DNA from: Felis catus
Lineage: Eukaryota
Assembly: GCF_018350175.1 (NCBI RefSeq)
Contig: NC_058373.1
Coordinates: 111,416,001 to 111,480,000, forward strand
Direction: 5' to 3'
Length of the DNA: 64,000 nucleotides
The notes beneath the pieces are model-generated. The model did not search any database. It was not told the origin of the DNA and saw only the letters and a program-made list of their open reading frames with translations. Shown here piece after piece: positions 37,973-50,032 of this stretch (position 1 is its first letter; every line of letters starts with the position of its first letter). Position numbers and translations under genes: made by a program.

Positions 37973-39517
37973 TGTTTGGAATGATAGCAAAAGGCTGCTT
38001 TGTGTTTATTGAAATCGTACATAAATCTAACTTGTGTCATACTCGTCTCATAGTTACGTAAAATAAATGGCATGGTGAAAGAGAAGAAACATAAAATGAG
38101 AGTTTCTGCAAAATTACTGAAGGAAAGAAGTGCAGTGTACTTTCTAATGTACTTTTCAATGTTAAAAAAAAATTGAGAATTCCACAACTCAAGGAAGTTG
38201 AGAAAGCTTCTTACGCTTATGTAACAATTTTTAATCTATTAGTTGCAGAGCAAAAACAATAGGAAATTAATTTTATATAAAAAATAGCTTTTAACTATGG
38301 AGTCCTCCTATCATTCTTCAGTTTGTTAAGCCTACTTTTGGTTGTTATTATTAAAAAAAAATGTAATTAGGCAGTTACAAGAAAGCTTCAGAACAGCTGT
38401 AATTACAGCTGCAGATTTAGTCAAAATAGGGGTTTTGAAAGGCTCCTCACTCTCCTTTCGCATCTCTTTCCCTTACCCCAAGTAACCCAAATTTAGTTGT
38501 AAAAGTTTTGGTGAGCTCAGGATTCCCGAAACTGGAGTGCCATATGTTTAACTGCATGCAGATGTGATGATTATATGTGACTCTTCATTAAGGTTTCTGG
38601 AACCTTTTTAGTTCTATTGCTCTATGCACAGTTAAATGATTTTTATCAGCTTGTTTCTGTATTTAATTTTATAGATATACATGTATTCCAAACACACTTT
38701 AATGATTTTTATCAAGACTCTGGCATCTGCTAAAACTATTTATGGGGATAATAGTTTTTATATTCTAAATTTGACGTAATGTTGATATTATTACAAGTTG
38801 ACTGGAAATATCTGCAAAACCTTACATCTATGTTTTTCTTCAAATTTTACTTCAAAATTTTTTTCAAAAATATTTCTTCAAATTTTACTCTATTAGGAAA
38901 TTGACTTTAACCTTGTCTAAAAACAATTTGGTAAATCTGTTAATTTTTGGAGCAAGTTCTGTTATAAACAAGAAGTTAAATATACATCCTTGTTGGTCGT
39001 CCTCTGATTCTCTCTTCCTGTGGCTTTATGATTTAGGGATATAGATGTCATTCTAAGGTCTAGTTTTCAATTAGTCAAGGATTGGATAAAAGGGTTATGA
39101 AAACCGTGGCTAAGAGCAAGGTTTGGGGCCAGTCTCACTGTCTCAACTAATTGCCATCTCTTTTGCAGATGTTAGTTATGAAATGTCGATCATGAGCTAC
39201 ATAACATAACTTCGATTCTAACCATAATTTTTCAGGGTTATATTTTCAGAATTGGTTTAAAATTGTAGTCATTTGCTGTTGAATCACACATAAGGAAATT
39301 CAAAGAGTCTTTTGCCAAAGCTAACAATTCAACACTTTCAGGTAGGAAAGCAAATGAAACATATCTATATGTATATACCACCATGTTAAAAAATGTATGG
39401 TTCTTACCTTTAAGTACAGTGGGTAGAAAAGGTGCAAGTATGTGCATTAATTTAAGAAATCAACTTTTAGAGGGTGAATAAAGTTGGATTTAAATCTCCA
39501 GACTTAGGAAGTCTTTA

Positions 39518-39670
39518 ATTAATTAATTAATTAACTTTATTAAAATTATTTTTATTTATTTACTTATTCTGTCCAGTATTTTATTTATTTATTTATTTTA
39601 ATATAATTTGTTGTCAAATTGGTTAACCTATAGTGTGTACAGTGTGCTCTTGGCTTTGGGGGTAGATTCC
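39518..39670 (-). mobile_element. Severely 5'-truncated carnivore L1 3' end
   Basis: ttgtcaaattggtta...tatagtgtgtacagtgtgctcttggctttgggggtagattcc resembles carnivore L1 termini (compare 43200-43270); TSD cttaggaagtcttta / cttgggaactcttta. Confidence 0.8.
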
Positions 39671-40100
39671 CTTGGGAACTCTTTAGATCTTAAAGAAGTT
39701 CCAAAGATCTAGACCAATTTTCTTATTACACACAAGGAAACAGATTCAAAGAAGTTGAATTACATTAAGTCATTGGTTAAACAGATTTATAGGACATTCT
39801 AAATATGAACTCAGGAGTGACGAAAGGTAGCAAGTTAACTTTGCTGTTGTAATCTTGGATGTCAGCTAATGTTGATTGATTGCTCATTGTAGGTGCTTTT
39901 AGAGAGAAACTGCCAGTTCTTTCCTCACATGAGTTTAAGTGGTAATATCAGCAGGATGTGTGGACTTATATAGTAGGGTATTTTTAGAGAGAGAAAATTG
40001 AACCAAAGCCACTTCAGAGAATACTGGTGAATTCAAATGAATAGTTAAATACGTTCATTAAGACAGAGTAAAGAAACTATATTTACAAAATTACATAACT

Positions 40101-40146
40101 TTTTTTTTTTTAAGTTGAGAGAGAGAGAGAGAGAGAGAGAGTGTGT

Positions 40147-40195
<49 letters not shown>

Positions 40196-40371
40196 CGCGC
40201 GCGCGCGCATGTACACACAGGTGGGGAAGGGGCAGAGAGAGAATCCCAAGCAGGCTCCCTGCTGTCAGTGAGGAGCCCAACTGGAACTCAGACTCACGAA
40301 CCTGTGAGATTGTGACCTGAGCCAAAACCAAGAATTGGACGCTTAACTGACTGAGCCACCCAAGGGCCCCC
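40101..40371 (-). mobile_element. CAN-SINE with (GA)n(GT)n(GC)11
   Basis: SINE body; TSD aaatt(ac/gt)ataactttt. Confidence 0.94.
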
Positions 40372-41849
40372 AAATTGTATAACTTTTAAAACATAGATTG
40401 GCTTATTTGAGATTGAGTATAATTTTAATGATGAAGATATGATTAATTATATGAAGTAAGAAACTTAATAGAAACTTTTAGGAAGGAAAATAAAACTTTG
40501 AAACTTTAATAAGAGAGGAAAAATGAAATGTGAAAAATAATTTAATTTTATTTAAGAACTGGCTATCCATTTATCTCATTACCAAAACTTACTGTTGTCA
40601 CTGTCTTTTCTTTTGTCTTCTTCCTTCCTCTACTGGTTCTCTCTGAAAAAGGCTCATGTTGTAGTGTGGTGTGATACAGTTCATGCAATTCTGGCTTTGT
40701 CACCAACGACCAGCATGGCCTTGCACTAAAAGTTTTCCTATTAAGACATACAAAAGTGAATGAGTTTGAATAAGTTACGTCGATTTATGAGCTTTAGTTA
40801 AGGTACTTCATGAAAAAGGAGACTAGGTCTTGGATGTGACTATAGGATTGTTGAGACAATCAGATGAACTCACATGAAAATGTTCTAAAAACTGAAGATT
40901 TCACAAAGGCAAATGATATTGTTTTTATAACTGTTGTTTTCAATCCAGCATGACAAATAGTTGAGTATCCAATATATCAGAACGAGGGTTGTGGACTTTT
41001 GAATTCAGGAAGATATAGTCCTTGCCTGTAAGATACGTTTAGTGTAATTTGGGGAAGAAAGAAATAAAATACATAATGCAAATGTCTACAGTGTATGACA
41101 GAATATGAAGAGGGTAATGAGAGGCTGACCCAGATTTTGGCTTAAGTTAAAGAGCTACCCACCTGAATCTTCTCAAAGTCCTTAAGACTTGGTATGCTAC
41201 AAGTGACAAATGAGCATTTTGACCTTTTCTTATATATCTCCTGCTTTTTTGAGCCTTTCTTTAGGTAAGAGTGGACAGATTTTTAACTTATGTTGCAGTG
41301 TGATGAAAGTCTAAACTTGGGCTCTCTAATAGTTGCAGGTGGGAGCTTGTTGATTTTTTAGGTGTACAGACATGAATCAGTAGCTGAGTCAAAGTGCCAC
41401 AAAGAATGTACAGTTTTAGATTTGATGAGTATTGTCAATGGGATAGGTTCTAGATTTTAACATCTGGGTTGGATACCTTGACAGGGACATAGATGATTAA
41501 AGTGAAACCTGGGAGCAACATTTATTCCAACCCTGTTGAAGATATCTTTTACAGGGTCCCAGAATTGGCTTGACTGTTTCTCATAGTAAGGAATCTATTA
41601 TGTGATGAAGTACACTTTCTTATATGGGCTCTTGTGTTTGGAATTCTTTGTTTTTATCAGATCAAATAACCTTCTGCTCCATCTGCTGTTCTGTATTTTT
41701 TACATTTATTTTAATTGTAAATTACATTTACATTTTTTACATTTATTAGACAACAGGCTTGAAACAGAAGAGAACCTGCTGATGGATAGCCAGAAACAGA
41801 AGAGGAGAATGATAGGTTCAGGAGGCAGATCTAAAAAGGAAATAGTGAT

Positions 41850-42100
41850 AATAGCTAATACTTATTAACAGTGAAGTTCCAGGTGCTGTTCTAAATGCTG
41901 TTCTCATATAATAACAATTTATTGTATTGATATTTTAATATTAAATATTAGGTTAAATGAAAATTTAATGTTAAATGATAATAATAATTATCATTATTAC
42001 AGACGAGGGAGCTGAGCTATAGTGCTTTGCACAATGAGAGGCAGAGTCCACGCTAGTGGTATTTGGTTTTAAATACCAATCCCTAACGCTACCACATAAT
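41850..42100 (-). mobile_element. MIR relic
   Basis: ataatagctaatacttatt...ccaggtgctgttctaaatgct...acagacgagggagctgag. Confidence 0.7.
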
Positions 42101-42447
42101 GCCTATTAGAGATAATCTGGAGGCCCTTTGGGGAAAAATTCTTAGCTTCCCCTTCTCCAAGTATGATACTTGTTAGAGACGAAAGATGAATATTTTAAGG
42201 CCATTAACTTGGTTGGAAGAGATGGGGTGGAAGAGGTGAAATACTATAGAATTTATTCAACATTTTAAGATTGAATGAAGGTATCAGAAAGGAAGGAACC
42301 TGAATATGAATATAATCACTTTGCAAATCAGCGAGAAAGGGAATTTTGGTTATTATAATGACTAGGTTTTATGATGCTATATAGGCATGAAAGGTTGACA
42401 TAGAAATAGTTTCATAAGAGCTTATGATTGATCACTAGTTTATAGAC

Positions 42448-42775
42448 TAGCACTATCTAATAGAAATATAATGTGAACCATTCATGTAATTTTAAATTTT
42501 CTGGTAACCACATTAAATAAGGTAAAAGGAAACAGGTGAAATTAGTTTTAATAGTACAGTTTATGTAACTTAGCATACTAATATTAACTTAGTATTAAAA
42601 ATATTATCTACTAATTGACATAAAAATATCAATGAAATATTTTACATTCTTTTATTCCTACCAGGTCTGAAATCAGTGTGTGTTTTACACTTACAGATTT
42701 TCTTAGTTCAAACTAGCCATATTTTGCATGCTGAAGAGCCACGTTGGCTACTGACTACCTTACTGAACAATGCAC
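42448..42775. mobile_element. hAT-Charlie MITE (MER33-like)
   Basis: agcactatctaatagaaatataatgtgaacca...aaaaggaaacaggtgaaatt...tagccatattt...agccacgttggctact. Confidence 0.85.
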
Positions 42776-43185
42776 TTATGTATCATGAAAAGATAAAAGA
42801 TTGATTGTTCTTGTTACGTTCATAAAACAGTTCTGATTGAATTATAAATAGATAGTTTATTCTCTCTATGTGTATAGCACACATAGAGAGCAGGTTGATC
42901 TGAGGCAAAAAGCCATCACTCACTATTCAGTTGTATCCAGATAATCTGATCAGGAGGGGAATATATTTTTTATATTTAGTAAGAAGGGATGGGGAAGGGT
43001 TTACCAAATGTTTACACTTCTTGCTGTTTGAGGTTCTGTGTGTGTTGCATAGTTAGAGGGACTTCCAGGGGACTCCAGAGAATTTCTGCTACCTTTTAAG
43101 TTCTGGGCTCTGGTTTTATATAAAGAGCACAGTGCTTTTTCTTTTCTTTTCTCTTCTTTTTTTCCACACACTCCTGGGTAACATA

Positions 43186-43606
43186 ATTTTTTTTAATTTA
43201 ATTTTTTAAAATTTACATCCAAGTTAGTTAGCATATAGTGTAACAATGATTTCAGGAGTAGATTCCTTAATGCCCCTTATCTATTTAGTCCATTCCCCCC
43301 CCCCCCCCCCCCCGCCGCCTCCCGCCACAACCCCTTCAGTAACCCTTGGTTTGTTCTCCATATTTAACAGTCTCTTATGTTTTTGTCCCCCTCCCTGTTT
43401 TTATATTATTTTTGCTTTGCTTCCCTTATGTTCATCTGTTCTGTATCTTAAAGTCCTTATATGAGTGAAGTCATATGATATTTGTCTTTCTTTGACTAAT
43501 TTCGCTTAGCATAATACCCTCTAGTTCCATCCACATAGTTGCAAATGGCAAGATTTCATTCGTTTTGATTGCCGAATAATACTCCATTGTATGTCTGTCT
43601 GTCTGC

Positions 43607-43638
<32 letters not shown>

Positions 43639-44638
43639 ACCACATCTGTATCCATTTATCCTTTGATGGACACTTGGGCTCTTTCCATACTTCGACTGCT
43701 GTTGATAGTGCTGCTGTAAACATTGGGGTGCATGTGTCCCTTCGAAACAGCATACCTCTATCCCTTGGATAAATACCTAGTAGTGCAATTGCTAGATCAT
43801 AGGGTAGTTCTGCTTTTAATTTTTTGAGGAACCTCCATGCTGTTTTCCAGAGTGGCTGTACCAGTTTGCATTCCCACCAAAAATGGAAAAGAGATCCTCT
43901 TTCTCCACATCCTCACCAACATCTGTTGTTTCCCAAGTTGTTAATTTTAGCCATTCTGACAGGTGTGAGATGGTATCTCATTGTGGTTTTGATTTGTATT
44001 TCCCTGATGATGAGTGATAGGAAGCATTTTTTCATGTGTCGGTTGGCCATCTGGATGACTTGTTTGGAGAAGTGTCTATTCATGTCTTTTGCCCATTTCT
44101 TCACTGGATTATTTGTTTTTTGGGTGTTGAGTTTGATAAGTTCTTTATAGATTTTGGATACTAACCCTTTATGTGATATGTCTTTTGCACATATCTTCTC
44201 CCATCCTGTTGGTTGCCTTTTAGCTTTGCTGATTGTTTCCTTCGCTGTGCAGAAGGTTTTTATTTTGATGAGGTTCCAGTAGTTCATTTTTGCTTTTGTT
44301 TCCCTTGCCTCCGAAGATGTGTTGAGTAAGAAGTTGCCGTGGCCAAGATCAAAGAGGTTTTTGCCTGCTTTCTCCTCGAGGATTTTGATGGCTTCCTGTC
44401 TTACATTTAGGTCTCTCATCCATTTTGAGTTTATTTTTGTGTATGGTGTAAGAAAGTGGTTCGGGTTCATTTTTCTGCATGTTGCTGTCCAGTTTTCCCA
44501 GTACCACTTGCTGAAAAGGCTGTCTTTACTCCATTGGATATTCTTTTCTGCTTTGTCAAAGATTAGTTGGCTCTATGTTTGTGGGTCCATTTCTGGGTTC
44601 TCTGTTCTCCATTGATTTGAGCATCTGTTTTTGTGCCA
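43186..44638 (-). mobile_element. Relatively young 5'-truncated carnivore L1 (ORF2 C-terminus plus 3' UTR)
   Basis: 185-aa open frame 43913-44470 resembles L1 ORF2p ([10 protein letters not shown]...[21 protein letters not shown]), stopping at the start of the Cys-rich motif; G-rich 3' UTR tract at 43295-43326; (CTAT)n at ~43607-43638. Confidence 0.95.
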
Positions 44639-44874
44639 TATATCATTTAATTCTTGTGTCTGTAATAGATTATGTGAAGTTCATGGCCAATAGTAGTATA
44701 TGTCCAACAACTGGTTGCTATTATTTTTTCTCTGTGTTAGTTCCAACCGTGTAGTTTAATCAGAAATTGAAGCTGTTAAGATGAGAGATAGGAGTGGGCT
44801 GTGTGATCAGACCTCAAGGACTTGCTGGGAAGTTGACAGTGGTTTGAAGGTTAAGTATATATCAAAGAGTAGTT

Positions 44875-45255
44875 CAGGGATAATCTGCATCCTGATCACT
44901 TAGGAAGCTTGTTAAAATGTACAGTTTTGCCGGGGGTGCCTGGGTGGCTCAGTTGGTTGAGTGTCTGACTTAGGCTTAGGTCATGATCTCATGTGGGTTT
45001 GAGCCCTGTGTTCGGCTTTGCACTGACAGCACAGAGCCTGCTTCAGATTCTCTGTCTCCCTCTCTCCCTACCCCTCCCCTGCTGTTCTCTCTCTCAAAAA
45101 TAAATAAACATTAAAAAAAAAAGTACAGTTTTGGGTTCATCCTCAGGAACTCAGACCTTTTATGATTCAGAATCTCTGGTCATGGGCCCCAGAGTCTACA
45201 ATTTTATGACCTTAATATATAATTCTGATCCATAATGAAGTTAAGAATCATCTTT
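44875..45255. mobile_element. MER5-like hAT MITE interrupted by a + strand CAN-SINE (44932-45122)
   Basis: atcacttaggaagcttgttaaaatg...tcagaatctctgg; SINE TSD gtacagttttg. Confidence 0.8.
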
Positions 45256-46083
45256 TTAAGTTTATTCTTCCTGATGATTAAAAAGAAACGATTCTAGTGA
45301 TTTTTAAATGGTTATTTTTTCTTTGACACAGTAAGTTTTCTATTTTATTGGTGATGGAGGGGTAAATATTTTCCATTTAAATTTTTATAGATGATATATA
45401 ATAAATACGATTTTTATATGTTATGAGGGTAGGAGGAGTAGTGATTATTCATTCAACTCAAATTTAGTAAATATAATGTATATTTTATTTTTTTATAAAT
45501 ATATTTTTCTTTATTATTCAAATGTAGCCTTTTGGAATAGGATAGGAAAGGAAGGCAGACTGAGAACACATACTTTATGAAGATAAGTGGAGAGATAAAG
45601 AGAGTGGTTTTCTGGTTCTAACTAGAAGGAAAAAATAACTACAAATAATTTACATAACTAATATGGATAATTAAAACCTGATGGAAATTTTAAGGAGTTT
45701 TGGGTATGGGTAATTTTGTTAGTCATATTAGTTAATGAAAGTCATATCAGGAATGCTCAGCCTCTGTGTTTTTTGACAGCTGCTCTGCCTCCTAAGAACA
45801 TGCTTCTTTTGGGTTTTGTCAGTGTTGGCTTCCTGGGAATCTTCCTCCATTCTTTGGGAAATTAAGTTGTACTCTGGCAGTGCTTCACATGAACCTCAGC
45901 TTTCTTAGATTCTTCAGGTAAAACCTTATCCAAACGAACCAATGAATTGCTTCAAGTCATAGTTTTAAACTTAGGTGTTTAGAAGGCTGCATTTAAGTGA
46001 GTATTAGCTTTGGTATTTTTAGTCTCCAAATCATTCTGGCTCCAGCGTCCACTGTAAAAACTCTTATGGGATAAGCAACTCTA

Positions 46084-46302
46084 TTTTTAATTTTTTTTAA
46101 CATTTATTTATTTTTGAGAGACAGAGAGAGATAGAGCATGAGCAGGAGAGGGGCAGAGAGAGAGGGAGACATAGAATCCAAAGCAGGCTCCAGGCTCTGC
46201 GCTGTCAGCACAGAGCCCAACAAGGGCTCGAACCCACGGACCGCGAGATCATGACCTGAGCCAAAGTTAGACGCTTAACCGACTGAGCCACCCAGGCACC
46301 CC
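46084..46302 (-). mobile_element. CAN-SINE
   Basis: SINE body; TSD caactct(a/g)ttttt. Confidence 0.95.
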
Positions 46303-47324
46303 AACTCTGTTTTTTAATGTCTGTGGTTTTGTTCATTCTCAGCAACTAGGTCACCAGAACTTTGTCATTATTAATGAAAAAGGTACCATATACTTTTGTT
46401 TTTTTTTAAGAGTATGCTTGGGTTGAATGAAGTTAAGACATCTTAGAAATGTGGCTTTGCTTTAAATAGTTATAGGATATAATTTTGCATATTCTGAATT
46501 CTATTTGCTGGTACAATAAATTCTATTCTATTTGCTGGTACAATAACATTATTTACCTTTGGGAACTTTGGCAATTGTATTATGCTATTTAGAATTCACA
46601 TGAATTATTACAACTTAGTAGTAGGCCTTTAACTGACAGCCTCAGTCTGACTTCTTTTAAAAGCTGTCTTCAGTATCTTCAAAAGTAATTTTTGGGTCTT
46701 ACTGGGCCTGGAACTTTTACTTCTGTTAGGACAGAAGCAGAGAATGGGCCTTTTGAGAAGTTAGGAACAGTGGGGTACAGAGGAGGAGAAAAATCAGACT
46801 AAATTTATATCATGCCTGTTTCATTGTGAAAAATAATCATAGCCGTCTCTACTTCACTTTCCTCAGGGTGGTAGTGATGGTTCGTGATAGTAGGAGCAGT
46901 TGTAGGGGTGAATTAAGGAGGCATTGAGGAGAATGTATTATCTCCTAACATGGGCTTTCAGTTATTTCCTAAATGTAGATAATAAAGTGATTATTACCAA
47001 AAATATTTCTCCCATGAGACAGTCTCATATGTAGTATTCATATGTTTATCACTTATCAAAATATTGACTGTGTTGGCATCATAAGCAACTTCCTGTGTTA
47101 TTGTCTTCTCTGTCATGTTCTTTTCTGTATTAAGTGGGCCACAGACCCATAACAGTGTTGAGGTAATGATACACTATCACAACTCTGTTGTTTTTTTTTT
47201 TTTTTTCCATCAGAGAAAATCACATGATTTTTTCCCCTTTATTCTTAAAGCAATCTTATTACCTGTAATTATACTTTTCTCCTGAATGGTTTTAGAATGT
47301 TTTTGGATGGTGTTGGCAAACATA

Positions 47325-47580
47325 GTATTATTTTGTAGTTAAGTTTAAGCTCTTAAACAAGACTATCTGGGTTCATTTCTCATCTTTGCCACTTACTAAT
47401 TGTGTGACCTGGAGCAAGCTATTTATTTTATATAACTCAGGCTTGCCTCAGTTTTCTTATCTGTAAAACAGGGATCATAAAATTATATACTTTATAGATA
47501 TATGTTGAGGATTAAATCATTTTATAAAGAACAGTACCTACAAATTGTATAGGCTGAATAAATATTAGTTGTTATTACAT
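47325..47580 (+). mobile_element. MIR relic
   Basis: gccacttactaattgtgtgacctggagcaag...gcctcagttttcttatctgtaaaa...gaggattaaat. Confidence 0.85.
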
Positions 47581-47677
47581 ATTATTAGAAGTTATTCATA
47601 TTATTAGTAAACTCTAATAGACTTTCAAAGTAAAATACTTAGAAAAGTATAAAGTACTTTTACAAAGTAAAAATACG

Positions 47678-47750
47678 ACTGGATCAGTTGGTAGAGCATG
47701 AGACATGAGTTTGGGCCCCACGTGGGTGTAGAGATTACTTAAAAAAACAA
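47678..47750 (+). mobile_element. Short-form CAN-SINE, internally deleted
   Basis: tcagttggtagagcatg...gccccacgtgggtgtagagattacttaaaa. Confidence 0.8.
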
Positions 47751-47889
47751 CAACAACTGTTTAAACTGTTTAAACTTAAACTGTTTAAACTGTTTAAAAC
47801 TTAAAAAAAATCAACTTAGTTAATTTTAGGTTGGAGTTTGGACACACACACTCTCAAACCCTTTTCAAACTGTTATAGGATGATGTTTT

Positions 47890-48020
47890 TTTCACTTTAA
47901 TGTGCAGATTACTCAGGGATCTTGTTAGATTCTTACTCAGTAAGGCCTGAGATGCTGCCTTTTGAACAAGTTCCGTTGGTAATCTGGATGTAGCTAAGTA
48001 CTTAGACCAAACTTTGGGTA
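47890..48020. mobile_element. MER5A-like MITE
   Basis: actttaatgtgcagattactcagggatcttgtta...ggcctgagatgctgc...aacaagttcc...accaaactttg. Confidence 0.7.
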
Positions 48021-48088
48021 TTAAAGTTATGGAAGATTCCATTAAGTTGTTCTCAGTTCTTCTGTCAGTACTTTATAAATACTTGAGT

Positions 48089-48089
48089 G

Positions 48090-48121
<32 letters not shown>

Positions 48122-48217
48122 TATTTTTAAGTAATCTCTACACCCAGCGTGGGGTAGAAGTAACAAGCATGAGATCAAGAGACACAGGCTCTACTGACTG
48201 AGCTAGCCAGGTGCCCC
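48089..48217 (-). mobile_element. Short-form CAN-SINE
   Basis: aagattttatttttaagtaatctctacaccc...gagctagccaggtgcccc. Confidence 0.9.
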
Positions 48218-48973
48218 TGTTTTTGTTTTTGTTTTTTTTTAAATATGCCTAGGCTTTATCTCAGACCAGTTAAATCAGATCTCTGGCATTAGTGTTCTGG
48301 GCATCATCATTATTACTATTTTATTATTTTTGTAAAAAATATTCTAATTCATTCTCATGTGTAAATAGCATTAAGAGCTACTACTTTAGTAATCTGAAGG
48401 GGAGTCATTAAGCTAAGAAGCTCTATTTTATGTCTTCCTTTACTTTATCTTCTATCATTTTAAGCATCTGTAAGGATGATGCAACACAGCTTAAAGAATT
48501 CTGTAACCAGAAGACAGTTAATACCTGAAGTTTTCTTTTCCCTGGACTGGACTAGGAAGTTTGATTCCTTGAATCTCTCCTCATGCATCCTATTGCCTGT
48601 TGCTTTCATCATTTTTATAACTTTTTGGACCATCCCTAATTTCTCAATGGCTTCCTGAAAATATAGTAGCTCAAACTCAGTAGAAAACTGCTTTAATAAA
48701 ACTAAACAATGGCAGAGGCAGAGGAATATAGTTCCTTCCACTTCGTAAATTCTGAGATTTTTGTTATGTAAAGTGGAAAACTTATATTTTTACTTTCCTA
48801 AGTTGTGTTTCCTCATCTTTTTTTTCTCACCCATACTTCTTACATCCATTTCCCATCTTGTACCTATTTTGGGGGAGAGCAGTAGATATTTTCTTATGGA
48901 CTATCATGTTTTTGGAAAATTGTTTTTCCAAAGTGATGAAGATCATGCTGGATTTTATTCCATCTAGCCATGA

Positions 48974-49526
48974 TGTATCAGTTAGAATATGGACAGGGAA
49001 GTATACACACTAGATATTTCTGCCAAGGAAATTTAACATGGGGGAATGGGTTATACAGGAGTTGGAGGGTTGAAAAAGCAAAAGGGGCATACTAGAGTAA
49101 CACAGAGACAATTACAGAAAGTAGAAATAAGGCTGGGAGAACAAAGAAGGGCTTGGAGTAGAGTTGGGGTTCAAAACCTCTAGAGGGGGGTACTGCCTGG
49201 GCTGCTGCTGCTGCTTCTGAGAGTGCTGCAAAAACTGGTGGTGGTCACCAACTGCTATCGGTGGAGTGGAGGGCCTGTGCCAGGGCAGTGCTGACTGGAA
49301 AAAGCAAGTTTCTTCTACTGCGCTTAGTGGCAGCATGAGGAAGCTGGCTGGCAAAAGAGAAAAGTTTTCCCGAGTTTTGTTTTCAGTGTCACTATGCTGA
49401 GTACTAAAGGGTGGATTTGGAGCTGAGAGACGATAGCCAAATAACAGCCACATACAGCTTTCTCCTCTCCTGGTTACACGATGGGATAGCCTCTTGGTCT
49501 CTTTCTTAGCTATTGGGACCTCACAC
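48974..49526 (-). mobile_element. Old ERVL-type solo LTR (LTR33-like; subfamily uncertain)
   Basis: tgtatcagttag...acacactagatattt...aatttaacatggggg pattern; GC-richer block with TG/CA-like ends. Confidence 0.55.
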
Positions 49527-49869
49527 ACTCTTAGAGTCTAGGATTTGGAATGAAAGGAGTTGTTAAATTAACTTGTCTAGTTAATGTAATTCAAGGGTAT
49601 GAGACGGGACCACCTGCTCTAAGATAACTGTGTCACAGCCCTTCTGGGGACCTGAGATTTAATCAGATACTAATTTCTTTGGCTCTTGAGGGGTTTTTGT
49701 ATTTTAAAATAGAAAAACTGTAGGAGGAATAATGATGCTATAAGCCAGAGGTTAAAAATTGGTTGCTTATTGGCCAAACAGTAGCCTGCAGTAGGAACCC
49801 AATCTTTGAACAGAAGATTATACCTTCACTCTCATTCTAATATTCTTCTTCCTGCAAAACTTCCCACAT

Positions 49870-50032
49870 CTTAATATGTATTTGAATTATTTGGGAATTG
49901 TTAAGATGCAGATTCTGATTCAGTATGTCCCTGGATAGGGGCCTGAGATTCTGTATTTCTAACAAGCTCCTAGAGGAGGCTGAAGCTATTTCCTGACCAG
50001 ACTTTTCCCTTCCCTGGTTTGAAAACCACTGG
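49870..50032. mobile_element. MER5A-like MITE
   Basis: gttaagatgcagattctgattcagta...ggggcctgagattctgtatttctaacaagctcc. Confidence 0.85.

Noticed and set aside
43913..44470. Longest ORF in the track (185 aa)
   Set aside because: It is the ORF2p C-terminal part of a 5'-truncated, promoterless L1, not a host gene.
49112..49528. 138-aa ORF with a Gln run
   Set aside because: Lies in an LTR-like relic, has a non-ATG start and no recognisable similarity.
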